From NCBI GenBank assembly GCA_965226585.1, contig OZ245366.1:544001-608000 (forward strand): a DNA stretch of 64,000 nt, in the 5' to 3' direction. The translations under genes were made by a program, and so were the position numbers. Shown here in pieces: positions 50,130 through 60,563 of the stretch. Source of the stretch: Thermodesulfobacteriota bacterium. GTDB lineage: Bacteria > Desulfobacterota_D > UBA1144 > Nemesobacterales > Mycalebacteriaceae. Below the pieces are notes generated by a model. That model worked only from the letters and a program-made list of their open reading frames with translations. It was not told the DNA's origin and searched no databases. Positions within the stretch are counted from its first letter, which is position 1; the number at the start of each line of letters is the position of its first letter.

Positions 50130-50945
50130 TTAATCAACCTCCGACCCTGTTTTCCGTCTCCACATTTTGTAAAGGAAAGTCGTAAGAACAATAAGTGTAA
50201 CCACTCCTGCAACTTTTACCATAGCGATAGCCCGCAGAGCGTATTTTTTGCCTACGGGGTCGAATTTATAACAGAAAAGAAGCACTTTGTTAATTACCGG
50301 CGTCTCGCCGATAAGCCCGTCCGCCGCCTCAATCAGCGCGAGTTTTACGTCTGCCGGTTTGTGCTGAATGCCGTAAAGATAGCGCGCGACCCTGCCGTCA
50401 GGCGTAAGGGCTATAAGGGCGGACTGGTGGTCGAAACTGTCGCCCTCTTTTCTGAATTTGAAACCCACGGTATCTGTCAATCTCTTTATATTTTCTTTGT
50501 CTGCGGTGAAAAACATCATATCTTCCGCGCCCTCTTTGCGGGTAAGCATATCTCTGTTTTCCGCCGCTTTTTCCGCGGCAAGTTTTGTTGTGTCTGTCTC
50601 GTCAAAACTCACGGTAAGAACCTTATAGTCATCGCCGATTTTAAACGACTTCAGGTCGTCCGCAAGAGAGTTCACGCTTTCGCTCAGGTATTGCATCGCG
50701 AAACGGCAGTTATGCGGGCAGGTGTAGAACACAAGGTTGAGAAGAACCGGTTTTTCTCCGTCAAACAAACTTCCCGTTTTCACTTTTTTCCCCGTCTCAT
50801 CTGTCAGAACTATGTCTGAGGGCACAACCGCGCCGAGTTTTTCCTCTATCCCTATGGTTTCAAGTTGGGCCGTATCGGTTATTGAATTTGCCTGCGCGCT
50901 GAAGAGCAGAGCAACAAAAAAAAGCGGTAAATACAGTGGTCTCAT
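50130..50945 (-). CDS. SCO-family copper chaperone
   Basis: YTCPHNC (CxxxC), downstream His, signal peptide and C-terminal TM. Confidence 0.88.
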   Translation of the reverse strand: MRPLYLPLFFVALLFSAQANSITDTAQLETIGIEEKLGAVVPSDIVLTDETGKKVKTGSLFDGEKPVLLNLVFYTCPHNCRFAMQYLSESVNSLADDLKSFKIGDDYKVLTVSFDETDTTKLAAEKAAENRDMLTRKEGAEDMMFFTADKENIKRLTDTVGFKFRKEGDSFDHQSALIALTPDGRVARYLYGIQHKPADVKLALIEAADGLIGETPVINKVLLFCYKFDPVGKKYALRAIAMVKVAGVVTLIVLTTFLYKMWRRKTGSEVD

Positions 50946-50970
50946 CGCAGTTCCGGCACAGACGGGCACA

Positions 50971-50998
50971 ATTCTATACAGGGGCGTCTGTCTGTCAA
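50971..50998 (-). promoter_or_regulatory. Putative sigma70 promoter of the oxidase operon
   Basis: Minus strand TTGACA-16 nt-TAGAAT. Confidence 0.6.
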
Positions 50999-51137
50999 GA
51001 AATCGCGCGGCTGTCTCCGCGCGCCCCGCAAAAACGGTGTTTCCGCCCAGCCCCTTACGAACTTCAGGTTTTCAAACGCTCTGATTCTCTTTGAGAGCGG
51101 AACCGGTTATGCCCGCGCCGATAATGAGAAAATCGCA

Positions 51138-52334
51138 TCAACCGCCGCGCCTTCCTTTCAGGCGTAGGGCGTTTAGCGTGATAAACCCTTCGGCGTCCGC
51201 CTGATTGTATAAGTCGTCTTTTTCAAAAGTGGCGAGTTGCGGGTTGTAGAGCGATTTTTTCGCTTTTCTCCCGACCACCGAAACCGCGCCTTTGTATAAC
51301 TTCATCCGCGCCGTGCCGGTTACGTTCTTCTGCGATTCTTCAACCGTTTTCATCAGCGCGTCCATCTCAGGCGAATACCAGAAACCGTAGTAGATAATCT
51401 CTGAAATCTTTGTCGCAAGAGAGTCTTTCAGGCGCGCAACCTCGCGGTCAACCGTCAGAGACTCAACCGCCCTGTGCGCCGGATGAAGAACCGTTCCGGC
51501 GGGCGTCTCATACACGCCGCGCGATTTCATTCCCACAAAACGGTTTTCAACTATGTCCACCCGTCCTATCCCGTGCCGCCCCGCGATTTTGTTCAGGCGG
51601 ACTATCAGTTTTGCGGGCGACATCCGTTTTCCGTCTATGGCAACGGGACAACCCTTTGCAAAATCTATCTCCACATATTGGGGCTTGTCCGGGGCTTTGC
51701 GGGCGTCCGCCGTCATCTCAAACATCGTCTCATCCGGCTCCGCCCACGGGTCTTCAAGAACGCCGCCCTCATAACTGGTGTGAAACAGGTTTCTGTCGCA
51801 ACTGTAAGGCTTTTTACGGGTTACGGGGATTTTAATTCCATGATTTTTCGCAAATCCCAGCAAGTCTTCACGCGACTCAAAATCCCACTCGCGCCATGGG
51901 GAAATTATCCGCATCTTCGGCGCGAAAGCGTGATACACAAGTTCAAAACGCACCTGATCGTTTCCCTTTCCGGTCGCGCCGTGGGAAACCGCAAACGCCT
52001 TTTCTTTGAGGGCAACTTCAACCTGTTTGCGGGCTATAAGAGGACGGGCGAGAGAGGTTCCGAGCAGGTACGAACCTTCATAGATAGCGCCGGACTTTAT
52101 GGCGGGAAAAACAAAATCCCGCGCGAATTCCTCTTTCAAATCGGCAACATAAGTTTTTGCCGCGCCCGTTTCAATCGCCTTTTTCTTCGCGGCTTCTATG
52201 TCTTCGTTCTGCCCCACATCCGCTATGAACGCGATGACTTCGGCGTCATATTCGGCGACAAGCCATTTCACTATGATTGAAGTGTCAAGCCCGCCGGAGT
52301 AGGCGAGAACAACTTTTTTTCGTGATTTTTTCAT
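51138..52334 (-). CDS. argG: Argininosuccinate synthase
   Basis: [34 protein letters not shown]. Confidence 0.97.
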   Translation of the reverse strand: MKKSRKKVVLAYSGGLDTSIIVKWLVAEYDAEVIAFIADVGQNEDIEAAKKKAIETGAAKTYVADLKEEFARDFVFPAIKSGAIYEGSYLLGTSLARPLIARKQVEVALKEKAFAVSHGATGKGNDQVRFELVYHAFAPKMRIISPWREWDFESREDLLGFAKNHGIKIPVTRKKPYSCDRNLFHTSYEGGVLEDPWAEPDETMFEMTADARKAPDKPQYVEIDFAKGCPVAIDGKRMSPAKLIVRLNKIAGRHGIGRVDIVENRFVGMKSRGVYETPAGTVLHPAHRAVESLTVDREVARLKDSLATKISEIIYYGFWYSPEMDALMKTVEESQKNVTGTARMKLYKGAVSVVGRKAKKSLYNPQLATFEKDDLYNQADAEGFITLNALRLKGRRGG

Positions 52335-52350
52335 CTCCGCTCCCGAGAGA

Positions 52351-52767
52351 TTAACCCTCCGCGCTCTGACCTCTGAGGTCTAAAAGGTAGAACTTCGCCC
52401 CGCTGTTTTCGTAAAACTTTTCAAGAGACAGCCCCACATATTCTATTCTTTGGAGTTCGCCGCCCTCACGCTGAATCTTTTTTACCTCATCCGAAACCTT
52501 CGCTTTGAGGGCTATCTGTTTGTCCGGAACCTGCTGGCAGATACAGCCGAGAACCATATCGGTTTCCTTAAAATCGTTGTCCACTATAAGCCCGACCGAG
52601 CAAGTGGCGTTGGCAAGTTCAAACACAACAATCGTAACCTCAGGGGTGGAGCCGGAAGGGTCTTCGGCAACAAACCTGTATCCGTAAATCTCAATCTCGC
52701 CGCCGGAACCGATTATTGAATCAAGGTTCCAGTAGTCTTCATTTTCAATCATGCAGATTACGCGCAT
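52351..52767 (-). CDS. Hypothetical protein
   Basis: 138 aa ORF with SD GAGGTG, filling the gap between rluD and argG on the same strand. Confidence 0.7.
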   Translation of the reverse strand: MRVICMIENEDYWNLDSIIGSGGEIEIYGYRFVAEDPSGSTPEVTIVVFELANATCSVGLIVDNDFKETDMVLGCICQQVPDKQIALKAKVSDEVKKIQREGGELQRIEYVGLSLEKFYENSGAKFYLLDLRGQSAEG

Positions 52768-52829
52768 ATCACCTCTTCCTCCGCAAAGAGACTACACTAC
52801 CGGAAAGCCGCCGTTTTTATCAAGCGGTT

Positions 52830-53810
52830 TCATCCGCACCCTGAGAGAAAATCCAGCGCGTCCGCCATATCCATGGCAAGCGGGGCGCGGAAACTCACAT
52901 CCTTTCCCGAAGACGGATGACGGAAACCGATTGCGGAAGCGTGAAGCGCCTGCCTCTTCAAAATTTTTGACAGCCCCGAAGACGCGAGGCGGAGTTTTGC
53001 CGGTTTTCCACAGTAAAGCGCGTCTGCCGCAACGGGATGACCCGCTTCGGAAAAGTGAACTCTTATCTGATGAGTCCTGCCGGTTTTGGGCGATATTCTG
53101 ACGAAAGTCCAGTCGCTGAAACACTCAACCGTTTCCCAGTCCGTTACAGACTCCCGCGCTCTTGCCGGATTTTTTCCCGACATCTTTTTTCTGTTTGACG
53201 GGCTTCTTCCTATCGCGGAAGAGAAAACTCCCGAACCGCCTTTCATCTGCCCCCACACAAGGGCGTGATACTCCTTTTTCACCGAGCGTCCCGCGAACTG
53301 GGCGGCAAGGGCGGCATGGCAAATATCGTTTTTCGCGGCGATGACAACGCCCGATGTGTCTTTGTCAAGACGGTGGACAATGCCGGGTCTGAGGCTTCCG
53401 CCGACAGAGGAAAGCGCCGGGTATCTGTGAGCAAGAGCGTTTGCGACCGTTGAACTTTTCCGCCCCGCGCCGGGATGGATAACCATTCCCGCGGGCTTGT
53501 TTATCACTATCAGGTCGTCATCCTCAAATATCACGTCAAGCGGTATGTTTTCGGGAACAACGGAATCGCCGCGCGGCTGAGGGGCGCGAAACTGTATCTT
53601 TTCTCCGCCCCCGACAATCACAGACGGCTTGAATTTTCTGCCGTCCATAAGAATATCGCCTGATTTGATAAGCGCGGCGATGCGACTGCGGCTTTGCGGC
53701 AAAACGGATGAAAGGGCGAAATCAGCCCTTTTTCCGGCGCAACCGGCGGGCAGGGTTACGGCGCGGACGGTTTCGCCCGAATCCGAAGATGTTGCCGCTT
53801 TGCCCCGCAT
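52830..53810 (-). CDS. rluD: RluA/RluD-family pseudouridine synthase
   Basis: S4 domain, NKPAGMVIHP, GIVHRLDKDTSG, TGRTHQIRVH. Confidence 0.93.
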   Translation of the reverse strand: MRGKAATSSDSGETVRAVTLPAGCAGKRADFALSSVLPQSRSRIAALIKSGDILMDGRKFKPSVIVGGGEKIQFRAPQPRGDSVVPENIPLDVIFEDDDLIVINKPAGMVIHPGAGRKSSTVANALAHRYPALSSVGGSLRPGIVHRLDKDTSGVVIAAKNDICHAALAAQFAGRSVKKEYHALVWGQMKGGSGVFSSAIGRSPSNRKKMSGKNPARARESVTDWETVECFSDWTFVRISPKTGRTHQIRVHFSEAGHPVAADALYCGKPAKLRLASSGLSKILKRQALHASAIGFRHPSSGKDVSFRAPLAMDMADALDFLSGCG

Positions 53811-53825
53811 AACGGAAAAGAGTAT

Positions 53826-54446
53826 CTAATTGCACGGCGAACTGTCTCTGTCCGCCGTGAATGAGCCCGGAACTCCCCGGCTGTTTTCGTAGTCAATTGT
53901 TTCGCACCTTACAACGCCGTCCTCGTAAACCGCGAAATCCCTTTTGCCCGTAACCCCCGCGCTTATCGGAGATGCCTGCCACCCGAAGCCCGCAACGTAA
54001 AGCCCGTCTGCCGTTCCCGTGCCGTCTTGAGAATCAAAATCAGCCCTTATGCAATATCCGGCTTTCGGTTTTTCGCATGACGCTGTTCCGGACGAACCGG
54101 CATCCGCTCCTTCAAAAGATTCGTCAACAAGGGCGTCAAGCGCGCCGCATGATTCTCCCGACCCCTTCGGGCAGCGGAGAGACGGAGCGGTGGAGAGGTC
54201 TCCCACTTTGTCCGTGTAGTTTTGAATGCCATCTTCATCCGCGTCTTCAACGGAGAATTGAAATTCCGCGGAGCTCAACACCTGAAGCAGTTTTTTCGCG
54301 CTGAGTTCATTCGCCGTTGACCTCGCTCCCAGAAAGTTCGGGACCGCGAACGCGGCAAGCACCCCGATGATTATCAGAACAACAAGAAGCTCCACAAGGG
54401 TGAAGCCCGCATTCCTTCCTTTTTGTTTTCCGCAATTCATTCGCAT
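53826..54446 (-). CDS. Type IV pilin / pseudopilin
   Basis: Class III signal G|FTLVELLVVLIIIGVLAAFAVP; Cys-containing head domain; start could instead be 54440. Confidence 0.88.
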   Translation of the reverse strand: MRMNCGKQKGRNAGFTLVELLVVLIIIGVLAAFAVPNFLGARSTANELSAKKLLQVLSSAEFQFSVEDADEDGIQNYTDKVGDLSTAPSLRCPKGSGESCGALDALVDESFEGADAGSSGTASCEKPKAGYCIRADFDSQDGTGTADGLYVAGFGWQASPISAGVTGKRDFAVYEDGVVRCETIDYENSRGVPGSFTADRDSSPCN

Positions 54447-54504
54447 TTTCACGCGCAAGATATTTGCCGGATATTTTACAGCATGGCGGAAATGTCGGCA
54501 ACGC

Positions 54505-55299
54505 TTACGCGGCGTCTCCCGAAACGATTTTCACAAGTTCGCCGTCTGCCGTTTCAATATACAGAAAGCCGCCGCCGTCAACCTTTCTCGCGATGCCTTC
54601 AATCTCTTTTCCGTTGTTTTTCACCCTGACCGTCCGGTTCAGCTTTCCCCACTCCGCCGCCCACCGGGCAACCGTCCAGTCCGCCCCTTTTGAGACAAAT
54701 CCGCTTTGCTGTCTGAAAAGGTTTTCTATCAGCGCCGATGCGAAACTCCCCCTGTCAACCTCGCGCCCCAGAACCGTGGAAACAGATGACACGGTGTCTG
54801 AAAAACCAGCCATAAGTTCGCGGGCGCGCTCCGGGGAAAGGTTGATGTTCACGCCTATTCCGATGACAACAAAGTCGCACATTTCGCCTCTGGGCTCTGC
54901 TTCAGAAAGGACGCCCGCGACTTTCTTTCCGTTTGAGAGAACATCGTTGGGCCATTTGATTTCCGGCTCAACACCGAAGGCGCGAAAGGTGTCGCACAGG
55001 GCGAGAGACGCCATAAAGGTTGAAGCCGGACAGCGGGAGAAACTGATTCGGGGACGGAAAAGCACGGACATGAAAAGATTTCCGCCTTCGGGAGAAACCC
55101 ACCGCCTTCCCAGCCGCCCGCGCCCCGAAGTCTGCCGGTCTGCAATAACGGTTGTTCCGTCCGCCGCTCCCGAGCGTCCCATCTCGCGCAAAACCGTGTT
55201 TGTTGAAGCCGTTTCATCAAGCAGAAGAAGTTCTCCTCCGCCCGGCAGCACCGCCGCTTCAATCGCTTCTTTTTCGCTTTGTGAAAAACCCATTGCCAT
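54505..55299 (-). CDS. birA: Biotin--protein ligase (no N-terminal HTH)
   Basis: STN, QTSGRGRLGRRW, IKWPND, KVAGVL, GIGVN. Confidence 0.94.
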   Translation of the reverse strand: MAMGFSQSEKEAIEAAVLPGGGELLLLDETASTNTVLREMGRSGAADGTTVIADRQTSGRGRLGRRWVSPEGGNLFMSVLFRPRISFSRCPASTFMASLALCDTFRAFGVEPEIKWPNDVLSNGKKVAGVLSEAEPRGEMCDFVVIGIGVNINLSPERARELMAGFSDTVSSVSTVLGREVDRGSFASALIENLFRQQSGFVSKGADWTVARWAAEWGKLNRTVRVKNNGKEIEGIARKVDGGGFLYIETADGELVKIVSGDAA

Positions 55300-55362
55300 C
55301 ACCGGCGGCGGCTGAAGTATGCCGTGCAAACCCCCGTAAAAGCAATCTCGCGCGCGTTTCTG

Positions 55363-55390
55363 TTGACAAACAAACCCTTTGCTCTATACT
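55363..55390 (+). promoter_or_regulatory. Sigma70 promoter for the tRNA-led transcript
   Basis: TTGACA-16 nt-TATACT, 30 nt upstream of the tRNA. Confidence 0.75.
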
Positions 55391-55420
55391 ACCCAGTTTG
55401 CGGCTCTAGGCTCCGTGACA

Positions 55421-55494
55421 GGGCCCATAGCTCAGTTGGTCAGAGCAGCGGACTCATAATCCGTTGGTCCCAGGTTCGAGTCCTGGTGGGCCCA
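55421..55494 (+). tRNA. tRNA-Ile2 (anticodon CAT, lysidine type); CCA not encoded
   Basis: Cloverleaf with GGGCCCA/TGGGCCC acceptor stem, anticodon arm GCGGA-CTCATAA-TCCGT and GGTTCGAGTCC T-arm; overall pattern resembles ileX-type tRNAs. Confidence 0.88.
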
Positions 55495-55511
55495 TACTTC
55501 ATGGAAATGTA

Positions 55512-56243
55512 ATGCGCGAAACTGAAGGTTCACAAAACGACATAAGACAGCAGATAGAAAGACTCAAACAGCTTCAGTCGGTTGATATTGAACTCAGAGA
55601 TATAGAGAGAGATCTCCAGAAATATCCGAAAGAAGTGTCCGTTTTCAAAGACGAAATCCAAGCCATTAGTGAGTCGCTTACCGAGAAAAAACTCCAGATA
55701 GAGAATCTGGACAAATCAAAATCGCTTTTTGAAAAAGACCTTGCCGAGAAAAAAGATTTTATAGATAAAACCGAGGCGCGCCTTCTGCGCATAAAAACCC
55801 ACAAAGAATACGAAGCGCTCCAGAAGGAGTTGACCGAAGCAAAAAGGGAATGCCTTGAGATTGAGGAGAACATTCTCGGTCTGATGGAAAAATCAGAGAC
55901 TTTCGCGTCCGAAACGGAGAATCTTGACAAGTCTCTCAAAGAGAAAAACGAGGAATACAAACCGAAGATAGAGGAGCTTGAAAAAACCATAAAAGACCTT
56001 GAGACCAAACACGCCCCGCGCCGCGAAGAGAAAGACTCAATCGCCGGAGGGTTGAGCTCCGAAGTTCTTCCCGTCTATTCAAAAATTTCAATGAAAACCC
56101 CGAACTTTCTCGCCCTTGCCCGCAACGAGATGTGCACAAACTGCAATATGAACATACCGCCGCAGATGTTCAACGAGGTTTTGACGCAAACCAAACTTAT
56201 CCAGTGCCCGAGTTGCAACAGAATTCTCTACTGTGAAGAATGA
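55512..56243 (+). CDS. Coiled-coil protein with C4 Zn-ribbon (HP0958/CT398-like)
   Basis: LKQLQSVD, long coiled coil, CTNC...CPSCNRILY. Confidence 0.88.
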   Translation: MRETEGSQNDIRQQIERLKQLQSVDIELRDIERDLQKYPKEVSVFKDEIQAISESLTEKKLQIENLDKSKSLFEKDLAEKKDFIDKTEARLLRIKTHKEYEALQKELTEAKRECLEIEENILGLMEKSETFASETENLDKSLKEKNEEYKPKIEELEKTIKDLETKHAPRREEKDSIAGGLSSEVLPVYSKISMKTPNFLALARNEMCTNCNMNIPPQMFNEVLTQTKLIQCPSCNRILYCEE

Positions 56244-56649
56244 ATCCCCAGACTCTGTCGCCCATATAGACGGTGCTTCAAAGGGAAACCCCGGCAAGTC
56301 CGCCATAGGTGTCGTTATAACAAACCCCGAAGGTGCGACTCTTACAAAAATCAAAAAGTTCATAGGCATTGCCACAAACAATCAGGCGGAATATCTCGCG
56401 CTTATCACCGCGATGGAAGCGGCGGCGAATATGGGCAGAAAACGCCTGCACGTGAATACGGATTCCCTTCTGCTTGCCAACCAGATGAACGGCGAATGGA
56501 GGGTGAAAAATCCCGCCATCGGGGTTCTGTTCAAAAAGGCGAAAGCGGCGGAAAAACGATTTGAAAAGTTCTCCATATCCCACGTGGGCAGAGAGAACAA
56601 CACCGTTGCGGACGGTCTTGCAAACGAAGCCATATTGAAATATTCTTGA
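56233..56649 (+). CDS. rnhA: Ribonuclease HI family protein
   Basis: IDGASKGNPG, TNNQAEY, TDSLL, NTVADGLAN. Confidence 0.9.
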   Translation: MKNESPDSVAHIDGASKGNPGKSAIGVVITNPEGATLTKIKKFIGIATNNQAEYLALITAMEAAANMGRKRLHVNTDSLLLANQMNGEWRVKNPAIGVLFKKAKAAEKRFEKFSISHVGRENNTVADGLANEAILKYS

Positions 56650-56653
56650 CCCC

Positions 56654-57022
56654 GCGAGTCGGTCGGGCAATCGCCCCGGCGGTTTTATCCGCCGAGGGAG
56701 GAAAGTCCGGGCTTCACAGGACAGAGCGCCGGCTAACGGCCGGGTGCCGCGAGGCAACGGAAAGTGCAGCAGAGAACAGACCGCCTGCTTCCTCCGGGAA
56801 GCCGGTAAGGGTGAAAAGGTGGTGTAAGAGACCACCGCGGGAGGCGGCAACGGCTCCCGGCATGGCAAACCCCGCTTGAAGCAAGACAAATAGGAAACGC
56901 GGCGGAGAAATTCGCCGGAGGCTGTCCGTCTCCAGTTTCGGGTTGTTGCTACAGACGTCCGGCAACGGACGCCGCAGATGAATGGTTGCTCCAGACAGAA
57001 CCCGGCTTACAGGCCGGCTCGC
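56654..57022 (+). ncRNA. rnpB: RNase P RNA (type A)
   Basis: GAGGAAAGTCCGGGC, GGAAAGTGCAGCAGA, GGGTGAAAAGGTGGTGTAAGAGACCACCG, ACAGAACCCGGCTTA; termini pair as P1. Confidence 0.96.
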
Positions 57023-57037
57023 TTTTTCCGTTCCGGA

Positions 57038-57880
57038 TTAAAGGGGGTCGAGAGAAACTTTTTCTTTGATAAGACCCTTTTCAAACGCTTTGCCGTAAAG
57101 CAGTTCAACGGCTTTCCTGCCTTCTTTTCCCATATCGCGGGTGTACTCGTTGACGTACATCAGAACAAACCGTTCGGCTTTTTCGCGCTCTATTCCGCGC
57201 GAGAACCGCATCGCGTATTCAAGCGCTTCGTCTTTGTTTGAAAGCGCGTAGTCTATGCTTTCGCGATGAAGCCTGAGGGCTTCGGAAGCAATATCGGGCG
57301 GCACATCTCTTCTTATAACGTTCAGCCCCAGAGGGAGAGGAAGCGATGTTTCCGCCCCCCACAGTTTTCCTATGTCGAACACCAGCTCAAGCCCGTCGTC
57401 CCGGTAGGTAACCTGCCCCTCGTGTATGAGAAGGGCGCAATCCACCTCGCCTGACTTGACCGCGTTTGTAACGGCGTCAAACGGCATTTCAACCGGCGTG
57501 AAACCGTCTGAGTAGAGTCTCAGCAGAAGGTAGGCGGTTGTCAGTTTTCCGGGAACGGCGACCGTTTTTCCCTCAAGCGAAGCGGTGGGAGAAGAGGAAA
57601 CCACGACCGGCCCGCAGCCCATTCCCATGCTTGCCCCGCACGACATCACGCGGTAGCGGTCTTTCACATTCAGGTAGTTGCGCGCAGATATGGCGGTCAG
57701 TTCAAGTTCGCCTTCAAGCGCTCTTTTGTTGAGAGACTGTATGTCTTCCACAACGTGAGTGAACTCCACAATTTCCGAACTGACGGATCCTTCGCTCATC
57801 GCGTAAAACATAAAAGCGTCATCGGCGTCGGGGCTGTGTCCGAGCCGCATGGTTTTTTTTCTGTTTCCGTTTTCAGCCAT
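57038..57880 (-). CDS. mqnD: 1,4-dihydroxy-6-naphthoate synthase
   Basis: GHSPDADDAFMFY, PGKLTTAYLL, LIHEG, LPLPLG, YVNEYT. Confidence 0.9.
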   Translation of the reverse strand: MAENGNRKKTMRLGHSPDADDAFMFYAMSEGSVSSEIVEFTHVVEDIQSLNKRALEGELELTAISARNYLNVKDRYRVMSCGASMGMGCGPVVVSSSPTASLEGKTVAVPGKLTTAYLLLRLYSDGFTPVEMPFDAVTNAVKSGEVDCALLIHEGQVTYRDDGLELVFDIGKLWGAETSLPLPLGLNVIRRDVPPDIASEALRLHRESIDYALSNKDEALEYAMRFSRGIEREKAERFVLMYVNEYTRDMGKEGRKAVELLYGKAFEKGLIKEKVSLDPL

Positions 57881-57894
57881 TGCTTTTCCCTCTG

Positions 57895-58701
57895 TCAGTC
57901 CGCAAAGTTAAGGTTCGTTTCTCCGCCGTTTTTTTCTGCGGATATGAGGCGTCCGAATTCCATAAGCCCTTTTATTTCCGCCTCTCCAAGGTCGTAGCCT
58001 ATCCTGTTCTCAAGGTAGTCGCGACACAACTCTTCTCCGAGCCCCAGAGCCGCGCTTCTTTTCCTCGCTATCTCGCCGAGCATTTTCACGCCTTTTTCCT
58101 TCGCCCGTTTCAGAGCGGGCAGGGCTCCGCGCGGGTCAAAACCCTCGCGCGCCGTGAAAACCGCATACACAAACGGCAGTCCGGTTTGCCGTGTCCACAC
58201 CTCGCCGAGGTCGAAACAGAGCGGGAAGCCTTCGGGCGGAGATGAAAGCGCCTCAAGTCCCGCGTTTCCGATTGCCAGCCCGGCGTCCATGCCGGTAAAA
58301 AAATCCTTTCCGTATCCGCGTTTTTCATAAACGGGGTTTGCGCCGCTGAATATCTCAAGAGCCACTTTCAGCAGTTTCGCCGAACTGCTTGAGCCCGAAT
58401 CAACCGCCACAGACCGTATTTCGCCCATCGGTTTTTTTGAGCGCAATATCACGCTCTGCACCTTGCCGAATGACGATATGCACAGGTCTTTTAAAACCGA
58501 CAGTCCGGGACTTTCAAAAACATCCGCCGCAGGCATAAGAGAGATGTCAATTTCTTCCCGCTCCATAAGGGCGCGAAGAGAGGAGGGCGGATGAGCGGAC
58601 AGTTCAAACTTTTCAAAACCGGGCGAGGGCTCAAGGGCGGCCGTGAGCGGCTCCGTGTTGAGAAAGGGCGGAACCCCTATTCTGACGGCGTTTTGAGACA
58701 A
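57895..58701 (-). CDS. mqnA: Chorismate dehydratase (futalosine pathway)
   Basis: FLNTEPL, GKVQSV, DLGEVW...TGLPFVYAV; adjacent to mqnD. Confidence 0.88.
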   Translation of the reverse strand: MSQNAVRIGVPPFLNTEPLTAALEPSPGFEKFELSAHPPSSLRALMEREEIDISLMPAADVFESPGLSVLKDLCISSFGKVQSVILRSKKPMGEIRSVAVDSGSSSSAKLLKVALEIFSGANPVYEKRGYGKDFFTGMDAGLAIGNAGLEALSSPPEGFPLCFDLGEVWTRQTGLPFVYAVFTAREGFDPRGALPALKRAKEKGVKMLGEIARKRSAALGLGEELCRDYLENRIGYDLGEAEIKGLMEFGRLISAEKNGGETNLNFAD

Positions 58702-58717
58702 CTGTTTCTTCCCCGCC

Positions 58718-59794
58718 TTACGACCCGGGAGTTCCTTCGCTCAGGGTGTCATGCCATTTGGACGGAACGAATATCCTTTTGAAAACGGTTGTCGCGTAAG
58801 AATCGGTCATTCCGGCAACAAAATCGCAGACCGCTCTCTCGTGGCTGTCGCCCCTGCGCGCGGGCTTCACCCCAAGCGCCTTCGCGTCTTTTTTGTTTTC
58901 GCACATGTAAACGTAGAGGGTTTTTATCATCTTGCCCGCCCTGTCGGACTCCTCTTTTGATTTGCCCGCAAGGTACACCTTGTTGAACAGGTATTCCCTT
59001 ATCTCAAGCATCGCGTCTTCAAATTTCGCGCTGATGGATATTCCGGCGCACCCTGAGGCGGTTGTTTGTTTCACTATGTCGCGCACCATTCTGTCGAGCC
59101 GTTCGGAGCCGTTTCCGCCGAGGATGTTGATACAGCGGCGGGGCAGGTCTTTTTCCGAAATAATTCCCGACCGCACCGCGTCATCTATGTCGTGATTGGC
59201 GTACGCGATGAGGTCTGAAACCCTCACGGCTTGCCCTTCAAGCGTCTGCGGCGCGTTTTTTCCGCCGTCTATGGGGCCCCGCCCTTTGGAGTGTTTTGCT
59301 ATTCCGTCCAGCACTTCGCGCGTCAGGTTCAGCCCCTTGCCGCCGTTTTCAAGACGCTCCACAACCCTCACACTGTGACGCACGTGCGAAAAGCCGCCCG
59401 GAAACACCTCATCCAGCCCGCGCTCTCCGGCGTGCCCGAAGGGCGTGTGCCCGAGGTCGTGCCCGAGGGCTATCGCTTCGGTAAGGTCTTCGTTGAGAAA
59501 AAGCGCGCGCGAGATAGTCCGCGCTATCTGCGAAACCTCAAGCACGTGGGTCAGGCGCGTTCTGTAGTGGTCGTTTGTGGGGGAGATGAACACCTGGGTT
59601 TTGTGCTTCATTCTGCGGAACGATTTACAGTGAACTATGCGGTCTCTGTCGCGCTGGAAGGGGTTTCTGACAGAGCATTCTTTTTCCGGCTTTGCCCTCC
59701 CTTTTGATTTCGAACTGAGAACGGCAAAGGGCGAAAGCGCGGCTTTCTCTCTTTCCTGAAACATCTCTCTGATTGTTTTCCGCTTCGGGGTCAA
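58718..59794 (-). CDS. dgt: dGTP triphosphohydrolase-like HD protein
   Basis: [37 protein letters not shown]. Confidence 0.93.
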   Translation of the reverse strand: MTPKRKTIREMFQEREKAALSPFAVLSSKSKGRAKPEKECSVRNPFQRDRDRIVHCKSFRRMKHKTQVFISPTNDHYRTRLTHVLEVSQIARTISRALFLNEDLTEAIALGHDLGHTPFGHAGERGLDEVFPGGFSHVRHSVRVVERLENGGKGLNLTREVLDGIAKHSKGRGPIDGGKNAPQTLEGQAVRVSDLIAYANHDIDDAVRSGIISEKDLPRRCINILGGNGSERLDRMVRDIVKQTTASGCAGISISAKFEDAMLEIREYLFNKVYLAGKSKEESDRAGKMIKTLYVYMCENKKDAKALGVKPARRGDSHERAVCDFVAGMTDSYATTVFKRIFVPSKWHDTLSEGTPGS

Positions 59795-60561
59795 ATTCTC
59801 ACCGCCACACCTTTTGAATCAAGATACCTTTTTGTGTCCATTATGCTCAAGTCGCCGTAGTGAAAAACCGAAGCGGCAAGAAGCGCGTCCGCACCGCCGC
59901 CTGTCGCGGCTTCAAGAAAATGCTCTTTCTTTCCCACCCCTCCGGACGCTATAACCGGAATTCCGGCTCCGTCTGAAACCGTCTTTGTCAGCGCGATGTC
60001 GTAGCCCTCGCGTGTGCCGTCTCTGTCCATGCTTGTAAGCAGAATCTCTCCCGCTCCCAGATGCTCCATCTTTCGCGCCCACTCTGCGGCGTCTATGCCC
60101 GTTGCGTTTCTTCCCCCGTGCGTATAGACCTCCCACGCGCCGCTCTGCCCGCTGTTTTCCACCGCGCGGGCGTCAATCGCGACCACAACGCACTGGCTTC
60201 CAAACCTCTCCGCGCACTCTTTCACGATGTCAGGGTTTTGGACGGCTGCTGTGTTGATGACAACCTTGTCCGCGCCGGCAAGCAGAAGGGTTCTCACATC
60301 CGAAGGGCTTGATATTCCGCCGCCCACAGACATGGGAACAAACACGCCCCCGGCAGTTTTCTCAACCACTTCCGCGATGGTTTTTCTGCCCTCGTGCGAA
60401 GCCGTTATATCCAGAAAAGCGATTTCGTCCGCCCCTTCCCTTGAATACCTCTCCGCGCACTGCACGGGGTCTCCCGCGTCTTTCAGCCCCACGAAGTTGA
60501 CGCCTTTCACCACCCTGCCGTCTTTTACGTCAAGGCACGGGATTATCCGTTTTGAAACCAA
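59791..60561 (-). CDS. hisF: Imidazole glycerol phosphate synthase cyclase subunit
   Basis: [32 protein letters not shown]. Confidence 0.97.
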   Translation of the reverse strand: MVSKRIIPCLDVKDGRVVKGVNFVGLKDAGDPVQCAERYSREGADEIAFLDITASHEGRKTIAEVVEKTAGGVFVPMSVGGGISSPSDVRTLLLAGADKVVINTAAVQNPDIVKECAERFGSQCVVVAIDARAVENSGQSGAWEVYTHGGRNATGIDAAEWARKMEHLGAGEILLTSMDRDGTREGYDIALTKTVSDGAGIPVIASGGVGKKEHFLEAATGGGADALLAASVFHYGDLSIMDTKRYLDSKGVAVRI

Positions 60562-60563
60562 TT

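Noticed and set aside
51004..51023. Hairpin cgcgcgg-ctgtct-ccgcgcg between argG and the oxidase promoter
   Set aside because: Possibly an argG terminator, but the U-tract is weak; too uncertain to list as a feature.
55421..55494. tRNA-Met or initiator tRNA call from the CAT anticodon
   Set aside because: It has a paired G1-C72 and no run of three G-C pairs in the anticodon stem, and the pattern resembles ileX-type tRNA-Ile2; elongator Met is not fully excluded without tRNAscan-SE.
55421..55511. tRNA as an island integration site
   Set aside because: No duplicate of the tRNA 3' end was seen and the downstream genes are housekeeping.
56278..57241. ORFs 56278-56889(-), 56646-56879(+), 56714-56965(-) and 56978-57241(+)
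   Set aside because: They overlap rnhA, rnpB or mqnD; shadow ORFs of a GC-rich structured RNA and of real genes.
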